From positions 13,930,387 to 13,994,386 of the forward strand of contig CP154954.1 of NCBI GenBank assembly GCA_039621445.1: a DNA stretch of 64,000 bases, written 5' to 3'. Positions 47,356 through 60,500 of this stretch are shown in pieces (within the stretch, counting starts at the first letter, position 1; every line of letters begins with the position of its first letter). The notes beneath the pieces are model-generated. The model saw nothing but the letters and a program-made list of their open reading frames with translations. It was not told the DNA's origin and searched no databases. The position numbers and the translations under genes are program-made. Origin of the DNA: Euglena gracilis (lineage: Eukaryota).

Positions 47356-50300
47356 GTCCCACCCCGATGTTTCCGATGCTGTCCGCTGTGCCGATCTCAA
47401 AGTAACCCCCCCTATGTCCAACGACCAACCCCCCCCCCCCAGTCGGATGACACCTTTTCGGAGGTTTGTCCGAATTTTTGGCCCAGCACAAAGCGCCGGG
47501 CCGAAATGTTTTGCCATCAAAATCAGCTAAAAAATTGGCCAAAATGCCATTTTTGACACTTTTTGGCAAAAATTTGTTGAAATTGTCCAAGGCGCGAAAC
47601 TCCGTAAAAAAAGATTTGACCTTTTTTGTGAGGTAGGGTCCCAGGTGCCCGCCAATTTTTTTTAACCCCTTGTCCAATGACCACCCCCTGCTCGAAGGAC
47701 AGAGGTAATCGGTCGTTGGACAAAGGGGGGGTAACGCCAGAGAGTGTCCGAACCCAGCCTCTTTGCAATGCAAGCACAAAAAATCTCAGAAAATAAATAT
47801 TTAATTATTTTATTTTTGAGTCAAATTTCATCGAAAGGCGCATCGGGGGGGTGGGATTTTGGGGGGGGGGATGTTACTTGGGCGGTTTCTCATATTTGAG
47901 GTTCAGGAGGAGGACTCGGTGCTAACCCTCCGCCCGGGAAACAATCACCTGACAGCCTGAATTCTTTTGGCCAATACCGGACGATTTTGCTGTTCCCGAG
48001 GTTGTTCAGCTGCATCGGGGACCCCAAAAGTTTCCATATTACAAACCCGGAATGTTGTTTACGTGAATTTTCCCGGTGGGTCGGGATTGTGAACAGTTGC
48101 AATAAGGTTGTGGCGCAGGACACTGAACCCAAGCTCTCCTTTGGGCCGACCGAGCAAAAAGAACCCCTCCATTTGTGGGAGGCTCAGGTCCATTTTGGTT
48201 GCCTCAGCTGTTGCGAGAAACGGACTCCAAAAAGGAGAAACGTTTGCGGTTTGAGTTTTTAAGAAATTTTTTTTGAGTTTTTAAGAAATGAAGACCAAAA
48301 ACACGGCCGTGTGCACTCGTCTCTGGCACAGGGCGCAAGAAGGAGGGGCCCCAGATCCCCCCAGCGGACCAGCTGTACGAGTTCATCATCTTCCGGGGCT
48401 CCGACATCAAGGTACTCCTTTCCCCTGTGCTGGGGGTGGGAAGTTAACAACTACAAGTCGCAGTGCCAATTTCCTCAAGCAGACCTCCATTTCCCAATGC
48501 CAGACGACATCCAGCACCGGTGGCAGCTTCAGCCAGCTGGTTGGTGTTACCCCCCCCCCCTATGTCCAATGACCCCCCCCCCGGTCAGAGGACACCTTTT
48601 CGGAGGTTTGACCAAATTTTTCGTCCCGGCGTGTGGCCAAAATGCCATTTTTGTCACTTTTTGGACAAAAATTTGTCAAAATTGCCCAAAATTTTCGGCG
48701 CGAAGCGCCGGAAGGGAATTTTTTTGCATTTTTGGGTGGGTAGGGACCCGGGTACCCACCAACTTTCTTTCGACCCCATGTCCAACGACCCCCCCCCCCC
48801 GGTCAGAGGACACCTTTTTGGTCACTACCCTATGTCCAACGACCCCCCCCCCCGGTCAGAGGACAGAGGTTACCGGTCATTGGACATAGGGGGGGGGTAA
48901 TCCAAGCATTTGTGCACATCAGGATACGGATCATTACGGATAACGACGGATTAGCCTGAAACCTCCAGGTACAAACAACTGTGGATAACAGCTGGTCATT
49001 GCGGTCTGGCATGGTGGACATGTTTTTTTTACCAAGGGAGCATTCACCAGCGTGGGTTGGATGGAGGTCATATTCCTTTTTCTATCTGGGTATTTGGTAA
49101 CTTCAGACATTTTCAGAAGTTGCATTTCTCTCAATCTAACCTTCCCAATATGTTTCCATCAATACTTATTATTCTTTTAATGTTATATTATTTCCATTAC
49201 ATCTATTATCATTCAACATTTTTTTGGATGCTTTGCCCTCAATACCGGTATTTTTTGCATTTGCGGCTAACTGCAAATAATTACCGACAACTGCAGAATA
49301 AAAACCCCCAACTATGGATAAGCATAACTCACTGAACAATATCATTGGGTGAGTGGGGGGTGTGGAGGTGCATTTCTATATGTTTTACCGGGGGGGAATT
49401 GGAGGCCGAAAAAATTGATTGGGAAAAATTGGCGTACATAAATCCTGCCAAATTTTTCCGGACCTTTTTTGAAAATCCTGCCTCAAAATTTTCAAAATCA
49501 CCTTTTTTCCAGTCATCTTGCAAACAAAACCTGCCAATTTTTTCCGGGCAGTTTTCAGGTTTGGCACCAATTTTTTCGGCTTCCAATTTTGTCGGGTCTA
49601 ATTTTATCTAGCTTCAATTCCCCCCCCCCCCGGTAGTTTGGCTCTGGAAAATTTTGTGTTTTTTTTTGTTACTCTCCACTTTTTATTGCTGTGAAACAAC
49701 ACCAGCCCAAATTTTTCATTCTTTAATTAAAATTTTTCATTGCTCTTTTTTGTGAATTTGGTCATGTTTTCTTTGACTGGGCAATTGCGTTTTTGCAAGT
49801 GTATGAATTAATCGCCTCAAAAGTGCAAAAATCACGGGTTGGAACTTTTTTTTTAAACAGCAAAAAGTAAACCATCGCCACAGAAAAAGGCGTGTTATTT
49901 TTGGTGCCTTCTTTTTCCTTTGGCTGTGAATTCCCCAGTGGCAGCTACTGCCCACTCGTGGCACAGGGTGGATGGCCCAACAGGTCATCCCCCGGGGGGT
50001 GGGGGTCATCCCCTGTTGGGCCATCCCCCCTGTGCCACGAGTGGGCAGTAGCTAGCCCAATTAGGCCCTTACTCTTTGGGTCCACTGCTGAAACTTCAAG
50101 GTTTTCTTTTTGGATTTTCGCTGAATTATTCGACTGCAAAGTCTTCAGTCTTCCTGCGGGAGGGTACAAAAATCTGTTTGAAAAGAGCGATTTTTTGGCA
50201 ACGAGTAAAAAGTGTCGCAAGAAATGCCAATTTAATGGATGCAAAAATGAGCAAAATGAAAAATGTCAAAAATCACCTATTTGGGGGGCATTTTCACAGT

Positions 50301-53300
50301 TTTACAGGGGGGGAGGGGAATATTTTTGAGGTTTCCCCGAAAATCTCGAGGGGTTCTTGTTTGGGGGCGGGGTATCTGGTTTTGCATTATTGCTGAACAT
50401 CGAAGTGGGGGGAATGTTCATTTTGGGGGGTTCACCCTGAGTTGGCTCGGGTCTGCAGGACCTGACGGTGTTCGACGCGGTGCAGAAGCAGACGGCGCAG
50501 CCGCCGGACCCGGCTATCCTCAACGCCTGGCAGGCGCCCTCCGCCCCCAGCGCCCCGAGCAGCGGCTGGCAGGGGCCGCCCATCACGGTGCGTGTTGTGC
50601 GGCTTTGCCCGGGTCAGCGGTCGATTCCCTGGCCAGTACCATGCCCCCCCCCCCGGGGGGGGTCGAACCAACCTGGAACGATAGCAAAGCATTGCCAAAA
50701 GCCCAAAGCAGTACCAGATTTCCCATGAATGGCTGCACGCCTGCACCGCGGCGCCTTTCCGCGCAGTTCGCCTCCCGCGGCCCCCCTCGGGACGAGTACC
50801 TTGGCCGGCCGGCCCCCCGCGGGCCCCCCCGGGATCGCTACGGCTACGACCAGGACCGCTACGGCTACGACCGCCGCGACCGCCCCGACAACCGCTGGGA
50901 CGACCGCCGCGAGGACCGGGACCGCGGGGCCCGCTATGGCGGGCGGGACGATCGGTGTGTCTGGTGCGGGTCCTGTTCCTCGATGATTGCCAGCGGGAAC
51001 GGCCACCTGATTGGGCTACTGCCATGCGCGTTGGTCAAGTTCTCCGGGGTGGGGCTTCTATCAGGTGCATGTACGAGCTTTAGTCAAGTTTGTCCTCTGC
51101 ACAGGGGAGGGGGGGGAGCTACTGATCGGCATTTGAGTCAATATCCCCAGGGGGGCTGTACAGGGTTGGAAGGTGGGCCTGACCCCAACCATGGGGGTGT
51201 GTCTGGATCCAACCCCCACCCAGGGGCAGGGCACACGACCAAAAGTACCAAAGGCACGAAAGCGAGAGCTTACTCCGGCACCAAAAGTCCGGATGAGGGC
51301 TTTTTATGCCACGCCATGCTCCCACAGCCAGGGAGGCATCGCCTGCCCAGGCACTCCAGGGCACTCGGAGACCCCATTCCCCCCTGCGGTTGGTCAAATT
51401 CAGCCCCGGAGCTACTAACGGTAGCGGGGCAGGGACCACTATTCGGGGGGGGGGGGGTTGATTCCTGCCTGACTGACTATGGCGCGGTGGCCACGCCGCT
51501 GTCGCCGCGCAGGGACCAGCGCTACGGCGGCGGCCGGGACTACCAGGACCGCGGCTGGCAGCCCCGCGGCGGCTACAACGACCGCGGGTCGTACGGCGGC
51601 GCGCGCTACAACGACCGCGGGTCGTATGGTGGTCCCGACCGCCGCGACCGTGACTGGGAGCCCCCGCGCGGCGGCGCCCATCTCCTCCTGTGGGACACCC
51701 CGCCATGCGAGTATTATTATTGTTTTACAATTTTTTATTACATTTTTATTTGTATTGTTTTTATTTTTTTTGTATCCCCCAGACCACCAAGGGCATTCCA
51801 CAGTGAGCATCTAATGTGTCAAATGGGAGTTTGTCGGATTTCGGTTGTGAAACTCAAGACTTTGTGTTTTGACTAACCCCCCCCAAAATAAGACCCCCCC
51901 AAAAATAAGACCCCCCCTGGGCTGATCAAGCAAAAATCCAAAAATAAGACCCCCCATAAATAAGACCCCCCTGACGGCGCGAAGCGCCGGGGACGGTGAA
52001 AATTTTTCCCGAAAAGTTACAAAAAACCACAATTTCACAGAAATGATGAAATTTCAAAAAAATTCAGATTTTTGAAGTGCAAAAAAACATGATAAATGTC
52101 AATTTACACCAATTTACACATGGCGCGAAGCGCCGAAGAAAAATTTTTGTGTTCTTGGGAACCTGAAAAATGGTGTTTTTTTTCGGGCCCGGGTCGATCA
52201 AGAACCCCCCCCCCCAAATAAGACCTCCCCTAGAGGCTTCCAGCAACGGACCCAAAAATAAGACCCGGGTCTTGTTTTTGAGGGGGGTTTATGAGAACTG
52301 AATCCCAATGGGATGCCATGCGTTGATTTGGTGGCCGGTGGTGCGACCTGCCTCTTTTCCTCGTGCGGTACTGTGGTTGGTCGGTGTACCCCGTACCAGA
52401 TATCTTGCACATATGCAATAAGTTGCATGGGGTCAGAAATCGGGGGGGGGTCCAGAACAGGCTGTATTTTAGTCGGGTGCCGACCCCCACCCCGGGGGGG
52501 GGGGGTGCCTGCCTGGGCAGGCACTCCAAGGCACTCCCAATCCGACCCCCCGGGGGGGGGGGTAGGGCACACGGCCAAAAGTGCCCTAGCACAAAAAACA
52601 GCCTGGTCCAGAATAGGGCAGCCAAGGGGGGATGCCCTCAAGGCCGGCCGGGACGACCGTCGGGATGATCGTCGGGGCAGCGGCAAGGACGACCGCCGCG
52701 GCGGTGGGAAGGACGATCGCCGCGCAGAGTTCAGTAGACAGTTTGGAAGTGGTCGCTTCCTCGGGAGGGGCAGCAGGGGGCCTGTGAACACCATGCAGAT
52801 TAGGCAGGGCAATTTTTGGTAAAAATTCTGTTGAAGCGCGTCTTGTACCTGCCCCCGGACGCAATGTGTCAACAGCACATTTTGGGACAGCACCCTCCGT
52901 TTTCTTCAAGGGCAGTGATCGTGGCACAGTGTGTCGTTGTCGCATGCCCCAACGGCACATTCCCGTATTCCTGCAGGGAGGTGAGGTCACCCCCAGCCAG
53001 GGGTGGTCAGCGGGCTGCACTTCGAGGTCAAATTTCGTTGCCGAGTCCTCATTTACTTATAAAACATGACTTGCAAAGGAAGTGAATCGTCCCAACCGGA
53101 ACGAACGCATTTGTTTCAACGATTGAAAAGGCACATTCACAGGTTTAAGCTGAAGCTGCATGGGTGCTTGCGTGTTTGAACGGCAAATGAGAAGGGACGC
53201 TAGCTTGAGGACAACATCAACAAACCCGTGGCTGTGTTTTCTTGAGGAGGGTCCACTCTGCCCTGCTGCTGAACCGGGAAGGAGGACCGCCAGCCGGCCA

Positions 53301-56300
53301 AGGGCGACCGCCAGCGGGGCAAGGACGACCGCCGCCCCGCGAAGAAGGACCAGAAGGAGGGCCGCCAGGAGCGGCGCCCCGAGGGCAAGAAGCCCCGCAG
53401 CGAGAGGTGTGTGCTGGGGAGGCTGCATTTTGGGGTAAAATTCGCCGAGTCCTCATTTACCTATTAAGCATGACCTGCGAAGGAAGTGAAACGGCCCGGA
53501 ACGAACGATATTTGTTTCAACGAGTAAAAAAGCACATTCACACATTTAAGCTGAAGCTGTGTGGCTTGCAGCGTCGAGCAACGTTCAAAACCAGACATAA
53601 TTTAATCCCCTGCCTATCAAGATGTGTGTATCATTTCTTCGCCCTTCTCTGCAATGACGGCTTTGTCCCTCATCTAATTACTATTTCTATATCCATTCTC
53701 ATTTGCTGCTCAAACACTCAAGCACCTCCCTCCCTTGCCGCCCTCTCAGTGCTCGTTCGAATGCCGACCAGCACACCGGCCGCAACTTCAAGGTGGATGA
53801 CTCCGGGGCGGCCAAGAAGCAGTACGCCGAGGAATTCAATTTCGAGGAGAACCTGAAGAAGCTGGACCTCACCAAGGTGCCCCTGGACACGTGGGCCTCC
53901 GTTGATAAGCATTATTTTGGGTGAGATATTTCTTAGATTTCTTGCTGGATGCCAATGTCTGATCAATTGGCACAAAACCCTGTGTAGGTCGTATGAGACG
54001 TCAGATGCAATGTGTTATGCGAGATGTGGAGTGTGTCATGTGAAGCATCATGTGGCATGCGTAGTGCGCCATATGCAAGAATGTGAGTGGGTGATTGGGT
54101 GAATGAGTCTGCATTGGGTATGTCACATGTGAGGTCAGTGACCCTGGTCATCAGGTGGCACAGGAGTTCCAAGAGAAGGCAAGTGAGTCCGAGACCGCGG
54201 AGGACAAGAAGGTCAAGGTGCAGTTCACAGCCGCCAAGGTGCCACCTCTGTGTGCAGCCGAACAAGTTGAGTGGAATACCGTCTCGTGTGGCTGGGAGCT
54301 ATCCATTGGGCAGCTCGGCAAAAACGCTGTGTTTCATTCTCCCAAACGGGTTGTTGATGGTTAGTGACCCGGGGGGGGGGGGGGGGGAGTCCCCAGAATG
54401 GCGGTTTCCTCTATTTTCTACACAATGGGATCAGAAAACATCGGACCAAACTGACTCCCAGAATCGCCCCTGGCGCCTGGTGGGTGGGTGGGTGGGTGGT
54501 TGCCAACCCTGCCTCCACAAAGCAAACGTGACCCCAAAACCCACAGGGTAATAAGGGGAATGGGCAGGTTTGTTCCTGCTTCACAAATTGGGCCAAAAAA
54601 TCATATAACTCCCACTTGTCCAGGTCTGAAGTTTGAGAGCATTGATAATGTCATGCCCTGACCCCAGACATATCACAGCAATGTGGATGTTCATATGGAA
54701 AGGGTTGTGGTCTGTAGTGCAGTTTTTTTTCAGTCAGACATTGGCAATGCAATGTACATTGTATGCATGCTTGGGTCGGTGCAGGATTGTGATGAGGATT
54801 TGTTCAGACGGGGGAAACACTTTTTGTGGCTTGTTCCGTTTTTTTGAATTACGCAAGTTTTGTTTTTTGTTTGTGTTATTTTTGTGTTCCCCAGCGGTTT
54901 TTTTTTTTGGCTTCTGCTGGGAACAGGGTGTCAATAAGCCAAAGTCCAAGTGAATTTTCCAAGGAAAGTGATTTACAGCCACCACATCCCCCACCCCATT
55001 GTCCACCGACCGGGTTCCTTCACTGACCGGGAAGGGGGGGGGTCGTCACCCCCCCCTACAACCCCAAACCAGGGGGTGGTTGTACGGCTGGGTGCCAAAA
55101 ACAGCCCAATTTTTAAATTCACCAACACCAGGAGGGTGGTCGGACGCCGCCCCCCCTTCCTGCGACCCCCGACAACGACAAGGGGGTGGTCATTGTTTAG
55201 GGGTGGTGGGTGGGCAAAGGAGGGGGGGCAAGAGACTAAAGCGGTCCTCCCGAGCTTAAAAATCCCTGGAACATACAACCCAAGGCTGAAACAGAACTTG
55301 TTTTGCAGCATACTAACTAAAAGTATGATCTGAATACCTGCAAACCTCATCCACCCTCAGCATTCCCAAACCGCATTTGCAAATATTTCTGCAGATTATA
55401 TGTATATGCACATATACTCTCTATCTCTCAAATATTTTGCACACATTCAATGTATATATACATAATTGTAGATTTATTCTTCTAATAGGGTTGTGCCAAT
55501 TAATCGTTTCAAGTCGAACGATTAGTTGCGATTAATCGGGGGGTGTCAGACGAATCACAGTTAATTGGTCAATATAGGATATTTCCGCAAAGGAACACAA
55601 AAAATCAACATCCACACAAAGAATAACAAAAAAAATTTGTAGTGCGAGAGCCCTCGGAAAAGAATACTTTTAACCGTACAGCAGGCGAATTGCTCAGTGG
55701 TGGAGCTCAGGGCTAACAACCAGGGCCAACAACCCCGTGGTTCTGGGTTCGATCCCTGGTTCGCCCCCTTTTGGGTCATTTTTTCTTGCAAAAAGTGGGT
55801 GCAAGTGCACTTTTTCAATTTGTTCTTGGAAAACAATTTAAAGCAAAAGTCAGGTATGGACCGGACCCAAACAGTACTCTGACTGATTTGGCTCCATGGA
55901 CTCAATGGTCCAAAACATCGTGCGTGTGTTGATGTCCAGGTTGAGGTGGATCCCCCCAGACATTCAACAGGGGGCAGGAGGGAAAATTATGTCGTTTTAT
56001 TATACTATTTATTATTTATACTATTTATTATATTATACTATATTATATTATACTATACTATACTATATTATACTATACTATACTGTACTATACTATACTG
56101 TACTACACTATACTATACTATACTATACTATACTATTTTATACTATACTATACTATACTATACTATACTATACTATACTATACTATACTATACTATACTA
56201 TACTATACTATACTATACTATACTATACTATACTATACTATACTATACTATACTATACTATACTATATTATATTATACTATATAGTATATATAGTGTATA

Positions 56301-57272
56301 TATATGTGTGTGTATATATATAGTGTATATATATAGTGTATAGTATAGTATATTATACTATACTATACTATACTATACTATACTATACTATACTATACTA
56401 TACTATACTATACTATACTATACTATATTATACTATACTTTACTATACTATGCTATACTATACTACACTATACTATACTATAGTGTATAATATGATATGG
56501 TATGGTATGGTATGTTCTGGTATGGTATGGTACGGTATGGTATAGTATAGTATAGTATAGTATAGTATAGTATAGTATAGTATAGTATAGTATAGTATAG
56601 TATAGTATAGTATAGTATAGTATAGTATAGTATAGTATAGTATAGTATAGTATAGTATAGTACAGTACAGTACAGTACAGTACAGTACAGTACAGTACAG
56701 TACAGTACAGTACAGTACAGTACAGTACAGTACAGTACAGTACAGTACAGTACAGTACAGTACAGTACAGTACAGTACAGTACAGTACAGTACAGTACAG
56801 TACAGTACAGTACAGTACAGTACAGTACAGTACAGTACAGTACAGTACAGTATAGTATAGTATAGTATAGTATAGTATAGTATAGTATAGCATAGTATAG
56901 TATAGTATAGTATAGTATAGTATAGTATAGTATAGTATAGTATAGTATAGTATAGTATAGTATAGTATAGTATAGTATAGTATAGTATAGTATAGTATAG
57001 TATAGTATAGTATAGTATAGTATAGTGTAGTGTAGTGTAGTGTAGTGTAGTGTAGTGTAGTGTAGTGTAGTGTAGTGTAGTATAGTATAGTATAGTATAG
57101 TAATAGTATAGTGTAGTATAGTATAGTATAGTAAATTATCATATAGTATAGTATAGTATAGTATAGTCAAATGGGTTTAAAGTTTTGCAGTTTTGGGGGA
57201 ATTTTTGTATTTTTGATTTTTTTTATCTTTTTTTTTTTTTTTTTTTTCCCCCTTGTTTTTTTTTTGTCTTTT

Positions 57273-57305
<33 letters not shown>

Positions 57306-57455
57306 CTTTCTTTTTTTTTTTTTTCTTTCTTTTTTTTTTTTTTTTTTGTTTTGATTTTTTGTTTTTTTTCTTTTTTTTGTTTTGTTTTTTTTTTTTTGTT
57401 TTTCTTTTTTTTTTTTTGTTTTTTTTTTTTTTTTTTTTTTTCTTTGTTGTTTTTT

Positions 57456-57487
<32 letters not shown>

Positions 57488-57492
57488 TTTTT

Positions 57493-57523
<31 letters not shown>

Positions 57524-60500
57524 GTATAGTACAGTACAGTAGAGTAGAGTACAGTACAGTACAGTACAGTACGTCCCTGGAGAAGTCTGCCCAGCCAGCA
57601 CCCAGGACCCCCTCCCCATTTTGCAAATGGGTAAAGTTTTGCAGTTTTGGGGGAATTTTTGTATTTTTGATTTCTGGGCACGTGGTTCACCCCGTGTTCT
57701 GAAGGGGGAGGGGCAGGGGGGGGGTCAACCAGCAGCTTTTTAAAGCCAGCCCAAGTTTTCCAGCCTCTGAAGCTGGAGCCCCCCCCCCCCCGGGTGGTAA
57801 ACATTTTGGACTTGGATGCTTTCTGCGGTTTGAGAACAGGAGGTGTCGTGTGTTGATGTTTCCCCCCCAAAAAAATTGGGTGAGAAATAATTGCCTGGGG
57901 AAAAATGCCCACCTTCGCTATTGTTAATACCCCCCCAAAACCCCCCCAGTTTTATATTCGGGCAGAAATTTCAAGACCCCCAGGGGGTTTTTATATTTGG
58001 GGTGGGGTTATATTCGGTCGAAAAAATAAATTTCCTGGCGGGATCCAGTAGTCACTTTTTCGGTCCAAAATCACAAATACGCCCACCTTTGGGGGTCCAA
58101 AATTTTTACTTTTCGGGCGAAGGAGCAAATTTCTCGTTTTTGGTAAAAAATGTTCCCAACTGCCGAAAATCACAATTTGAGGAGGTATTTTGTCAAAAAG
58201 ATTTCCTTCCGGTGCTTTGCGCTGGAGGGGGTTTTTTATATTCCGGCGGGATTTCAAGGTCCTCAGGGGGGGTTTTATATTTGGGGGGTTTATATTTTGG
58301 GAAGGGGTTATATTTGGGGGGGGTTTAAGTGAAGCAATGGTTTCGGGGCACAGTCCATTTTTAATGTCCTTTTCTTCTCCCTACGACAGGAGGTGTACAA
58401 CAAGGAGGAGAGCTTCTTTGACCAGATCAGCTGCGAGGCACTGGAGCGGAAGATCACCGGACCTGAACCCAAGGTGCAAATACGCCCGGAGTCAGCATTT
58501 TTTTTGGAAGGATATCCCCCCCCCCCAGTCAATTGCCCCCCATGTGGAATCGATCAAGGTCACAAAAGCATCCCAAAGCAGTCGTTTTTGGCTTCTCGCC
58601 AATGTGACGTTTTGGCCGGCACAGATGGGGGTGACAACTTGAGGGGGGGGCATAACTCAGGGTTTCCCACTGATTCGTACACAAATAAATACGAATAAGT
58701 ACGAATAAGTACGAATTGCCGAGATCTGCCAAAATACGAATATGTACGAATAAGTACGAATAAGTACGAATGAAAAATTCCCCACTTACGAATAAGTACA
58801 AATTGCCAAGTAGAAAAAGGTACAATTTTCTACAACGTTGCACTGACTTGAAGGGCCCTCACACTTCTCTGTATGTGATGCACATTGTCTTATGAGTGTA
58901 TAGAAACTGCACACTTGTCTTGAGCTGCCAGCCCCTTTTTTCCAGCCAGTAGCTCCCAGCTGGGCTGCGGACATCCCCCCCCCCCCAGCGGTCCAGCTGG
59001 CACCTTTTGCCAGCCAGCCAGCTGGACCCCCCCCCCCGGGTCCTTGCTCACAAAATTGAATTGCCCTGGTCTGAACCGTCTTTCAGTTTGACAGGACTGA
59101 TTGATGTCAAAAACCGCCAACACATGTCATCCAACCTTCGGAAAGCAGCCGTTGGCATGTTTTGCAATGGTGACTGCGAAGAACGCTTTACACACCATTG
59201 AACAGTCCGCTCGTTTCATCTTGAGTATTTGTTCGTGCATGCATGCTGGACAACATCAGCCGCAAAGAAGAAATGTATTTTTCCTGTACTGTTTTGTATT
59301 TTTTTCTCACAACGATTTTTTTCACAAGTTTCGCCAGAATGAGTTCGTCACTTAGATAGTTTCTCAAGTGAATGACCTGTTTTGCTTGCTTTTCTCGGTT
59401 TCAGAACGTTGAAGATGTGCCCAAGGAAGCATACCAAACGGTCATCTATTGCCATACATGGCCCTTTTTTGAAGTACGAATAAGTACGAATAAGTACGAA
59501 TAAGTACGAATAAGTACGAATAAGTACGAATGGGCAGGGGAGTCCCCAAGTACGAATCAATGGGAAACCCTGCATAACTGCTTGCATTGCTGTGGTGGGT
59601 GGGTGGGTGGGTGGGTGGGTGGGGACAGAGATGGGGGTGCCCCCAGGTGGGGGTCCAGCAGGTGGGTACCCCTACGGATTAGATAATTTTTTTAAAATGT
59701 TATAATAATAACATATTTATACATTATGTACACACGTATATGTTTTATATGGTATATATAACATTACATGTATATATTGCATGTGTGTATACATATAAAC
59801 ATATACACCCATGTATGCACATGTGTGTCTATTATGCATTATATTATATTATGTGTCACATGCCTACAAATAATTTGGGTTCTGGCATTTCCTCAATCGA
59901 AAATTTCCCAAATGAACTCTCCACAAAAATTTTTATTCGCATACCATTTGTGATTTGTAACGTTTTCTGGGTGGGGGGGGGCGGGTAAAGTCGATTTTGC
60001 ACGATGTGCTTCAAACATATTTCAAGCACATAGTTCCAGGTGGTTGTGTGCAAGCATCAGTTCGCGCCCAAGCAGCACAAACAAGCGACATATCACAAGT
60101 TAGAACATACTTCCCAGCGTGTCCATCACAGAATGGCTGACAAAAGTTCTGTTTGTTGGGCTACCTAACGATTCTGGTGCTTGCGGGAATGCACCTCCCC
60201 TGTCCCAATTCAATCTGCTATTGAGCCCATACCATCCGATGTTATAATTTAAGCAAGCGACCGAGGGAAATAGGGAGGGGGAGAATGAAAAAATGAAAAA
60301 TCAAATAGTCATGCACAAATGGTGCTTAAGTCGTCATACACAGTCAGGTGTGAATTTTTAATAATCATGGAACGTAATGTGTGCCATTTTTGTCGTTACT
60401 TTTGTCACCTTGGCTGCGGCTGCGGTGAGGCATGCATCTCCCCTTGTCCTTTCTTCTTTGCTTATTTTAGAGTGACTTCCTTTGATGACTGTTCCATCCG

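Noticed and set aside
50263-51876. 537-aa ORF
   Set aside because: Read-through of LSM14 exons 4-5 and their introns, not an independent gene.
57169-57550. Poly-T tract as a retroposon tail
   Set aside because: It follows a duplicate of 57626-57672 and sits in satellite. This is more consistent with a low-quality read segment.
55896-57912. YYTIL-, poly-F- and poly-K-type ORFs
   Set aside because: Translations of microsatellite and poly-T tracts.
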